Assembly: GCF_006345805.1 (NCBI RefSeq)
Contig: NC_042997.1
Location: 75,640,001 to 75,704,000, forward strand
DNA: 64,000 bases
From: Octopus sinensis
Lineage: Eukaryota
Direction of reading: 5' to 3'
How positions within the stretch are numbered: the stretch's first letter is position 1; every line of letters starts with the position of its first letter. Below are positions 63,151 to 64,000 of the stretch, piece after piece. Both the position numbers and the translations under genes were made by a program. The notes under the pieces were generated by a model, which saw nothing but the letters and a program-made list of their open reading frames with translations, had not been told where the DNA came from and did no database searches.

Positions 63151-63187
63151 TGTTTAACGTTTCGAGCAGAGCTCTTCGTCGGAAACA
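63151..63187 (-). ncRNA. Minimal type I hammerhead (PLE/dimer type)
   Basis: TGTTT-CCGACGA-A-GAGC-TCT-GCTC-GAAAC-GTT|AAACA. Confidence 0.75.
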
Positions 63188-63285
63188 AGGAGAAGGAAAG
63201 ATCCTAAGAAGGGAAGACAGAGGAAAAAATATTTTTGCTGGTGGTTCTCAAGAGATCACATGTTGCGATCACATATATATATACT

Positions 63286-63700
63286 AGCAGAGTTACCCGG
63301 CGTAGACTTTTCTGTTATATTTTCTGTAATGAACTGGAATACCTATGTTTCGAATTTCATCAAAATTGCAGATGAGGGTTATTTCCCTCTTTAAACACTC
63401 AAGCAAAATTGTAATTGGGCCACATGTATCCCATGCTACTGATTTTTATGCGCATATTCCAAAATTCCAGTCTTATAGAACCTGTTAAAAGATTTTGCTC
63501 CTGAAAAATGGAGGTCATGGAGCTCTAAAATGTGAAAGTTAACATACCTATTGGGGGTGGGCATCTTAATGTCAACCAGAGAAGTTGAATTGTTGAGAAT
63601 CTTTTTAACTTGGGTCTTATATCTATTGTTTGAATTTCTTTGAAATAGGAAATATATGTTCACTGGGTTTGTAAAAGAGAGCAAAGCTACAGGAAATCAA
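63286..63700 (-). mobile_element. Helitron-like 3' end
   Basis: CTAGCAGAG..ACCCGGCG terminus like 13399 and 39070; inner boundary uncertain. Confidence 0.4.
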
Positions 63701-64000
63701 AAGACAAATAAGCAGTCAGTTACCCTACCCTAGTCATTACCACTCCCAATGTAAGATTTTTCACCATCCAGGTGACAGGCACAGCCGTAAGATGCATTAC
63801 GAATCTATAGCAATTAGAAGGGCATGACCCAACTGAAATAAACATTAACAACTGTGTGACGTGAGGGCTAAGGGGAAATGAAAGTGTCACCTCTGGAGTT
63901 TGCAAATGACCACTATACTGATATGTAACTGGACAGAATAAATTTACAATCTATAAATGTCTTTGAATAACCAGTCACTCATCTGGGAAGGCCTTGAAAT

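Overview
AT-rich, microsatellite-laden animal genomic DNA. The SINE and RTE repertoire looks cephalopod (Octopus-like), which is inferred, not proven. The window appears to be mostly intron of a + strand CARMIL/LRRC16-like gene. Two exons are supportable: 21959-22003, and 50048-50426, which carries CPI and CSI motifs. The rest is layered transposons: many RTE LINE copies, tRNA-derived SINEs, a CR1 3' end, an R4/Dong-like relic, several Penelope-like (PLE) fragments, mariner DD34D and maT DD37D elements, piggyBac derivatives, Helitron-like elements, and a truncated Gypsy-like LTR element with a tRNA-Leu PBS. The most striking signal is a set of type I hammerhead ribozymes, folded by eye. The best sits in a very young 365-bp tandem unit (retrozyme-like) arranged as a ~1 kb fold-back palindrome at 61982-63008. 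Others are a minimal dimer-type hammerhead at 63151-63187, an inverted pair with a 53-59 nt loop II at 29.3 kb and 35.5 kb, and decayed relics. All folds and homologies were read manually; no searches were run.
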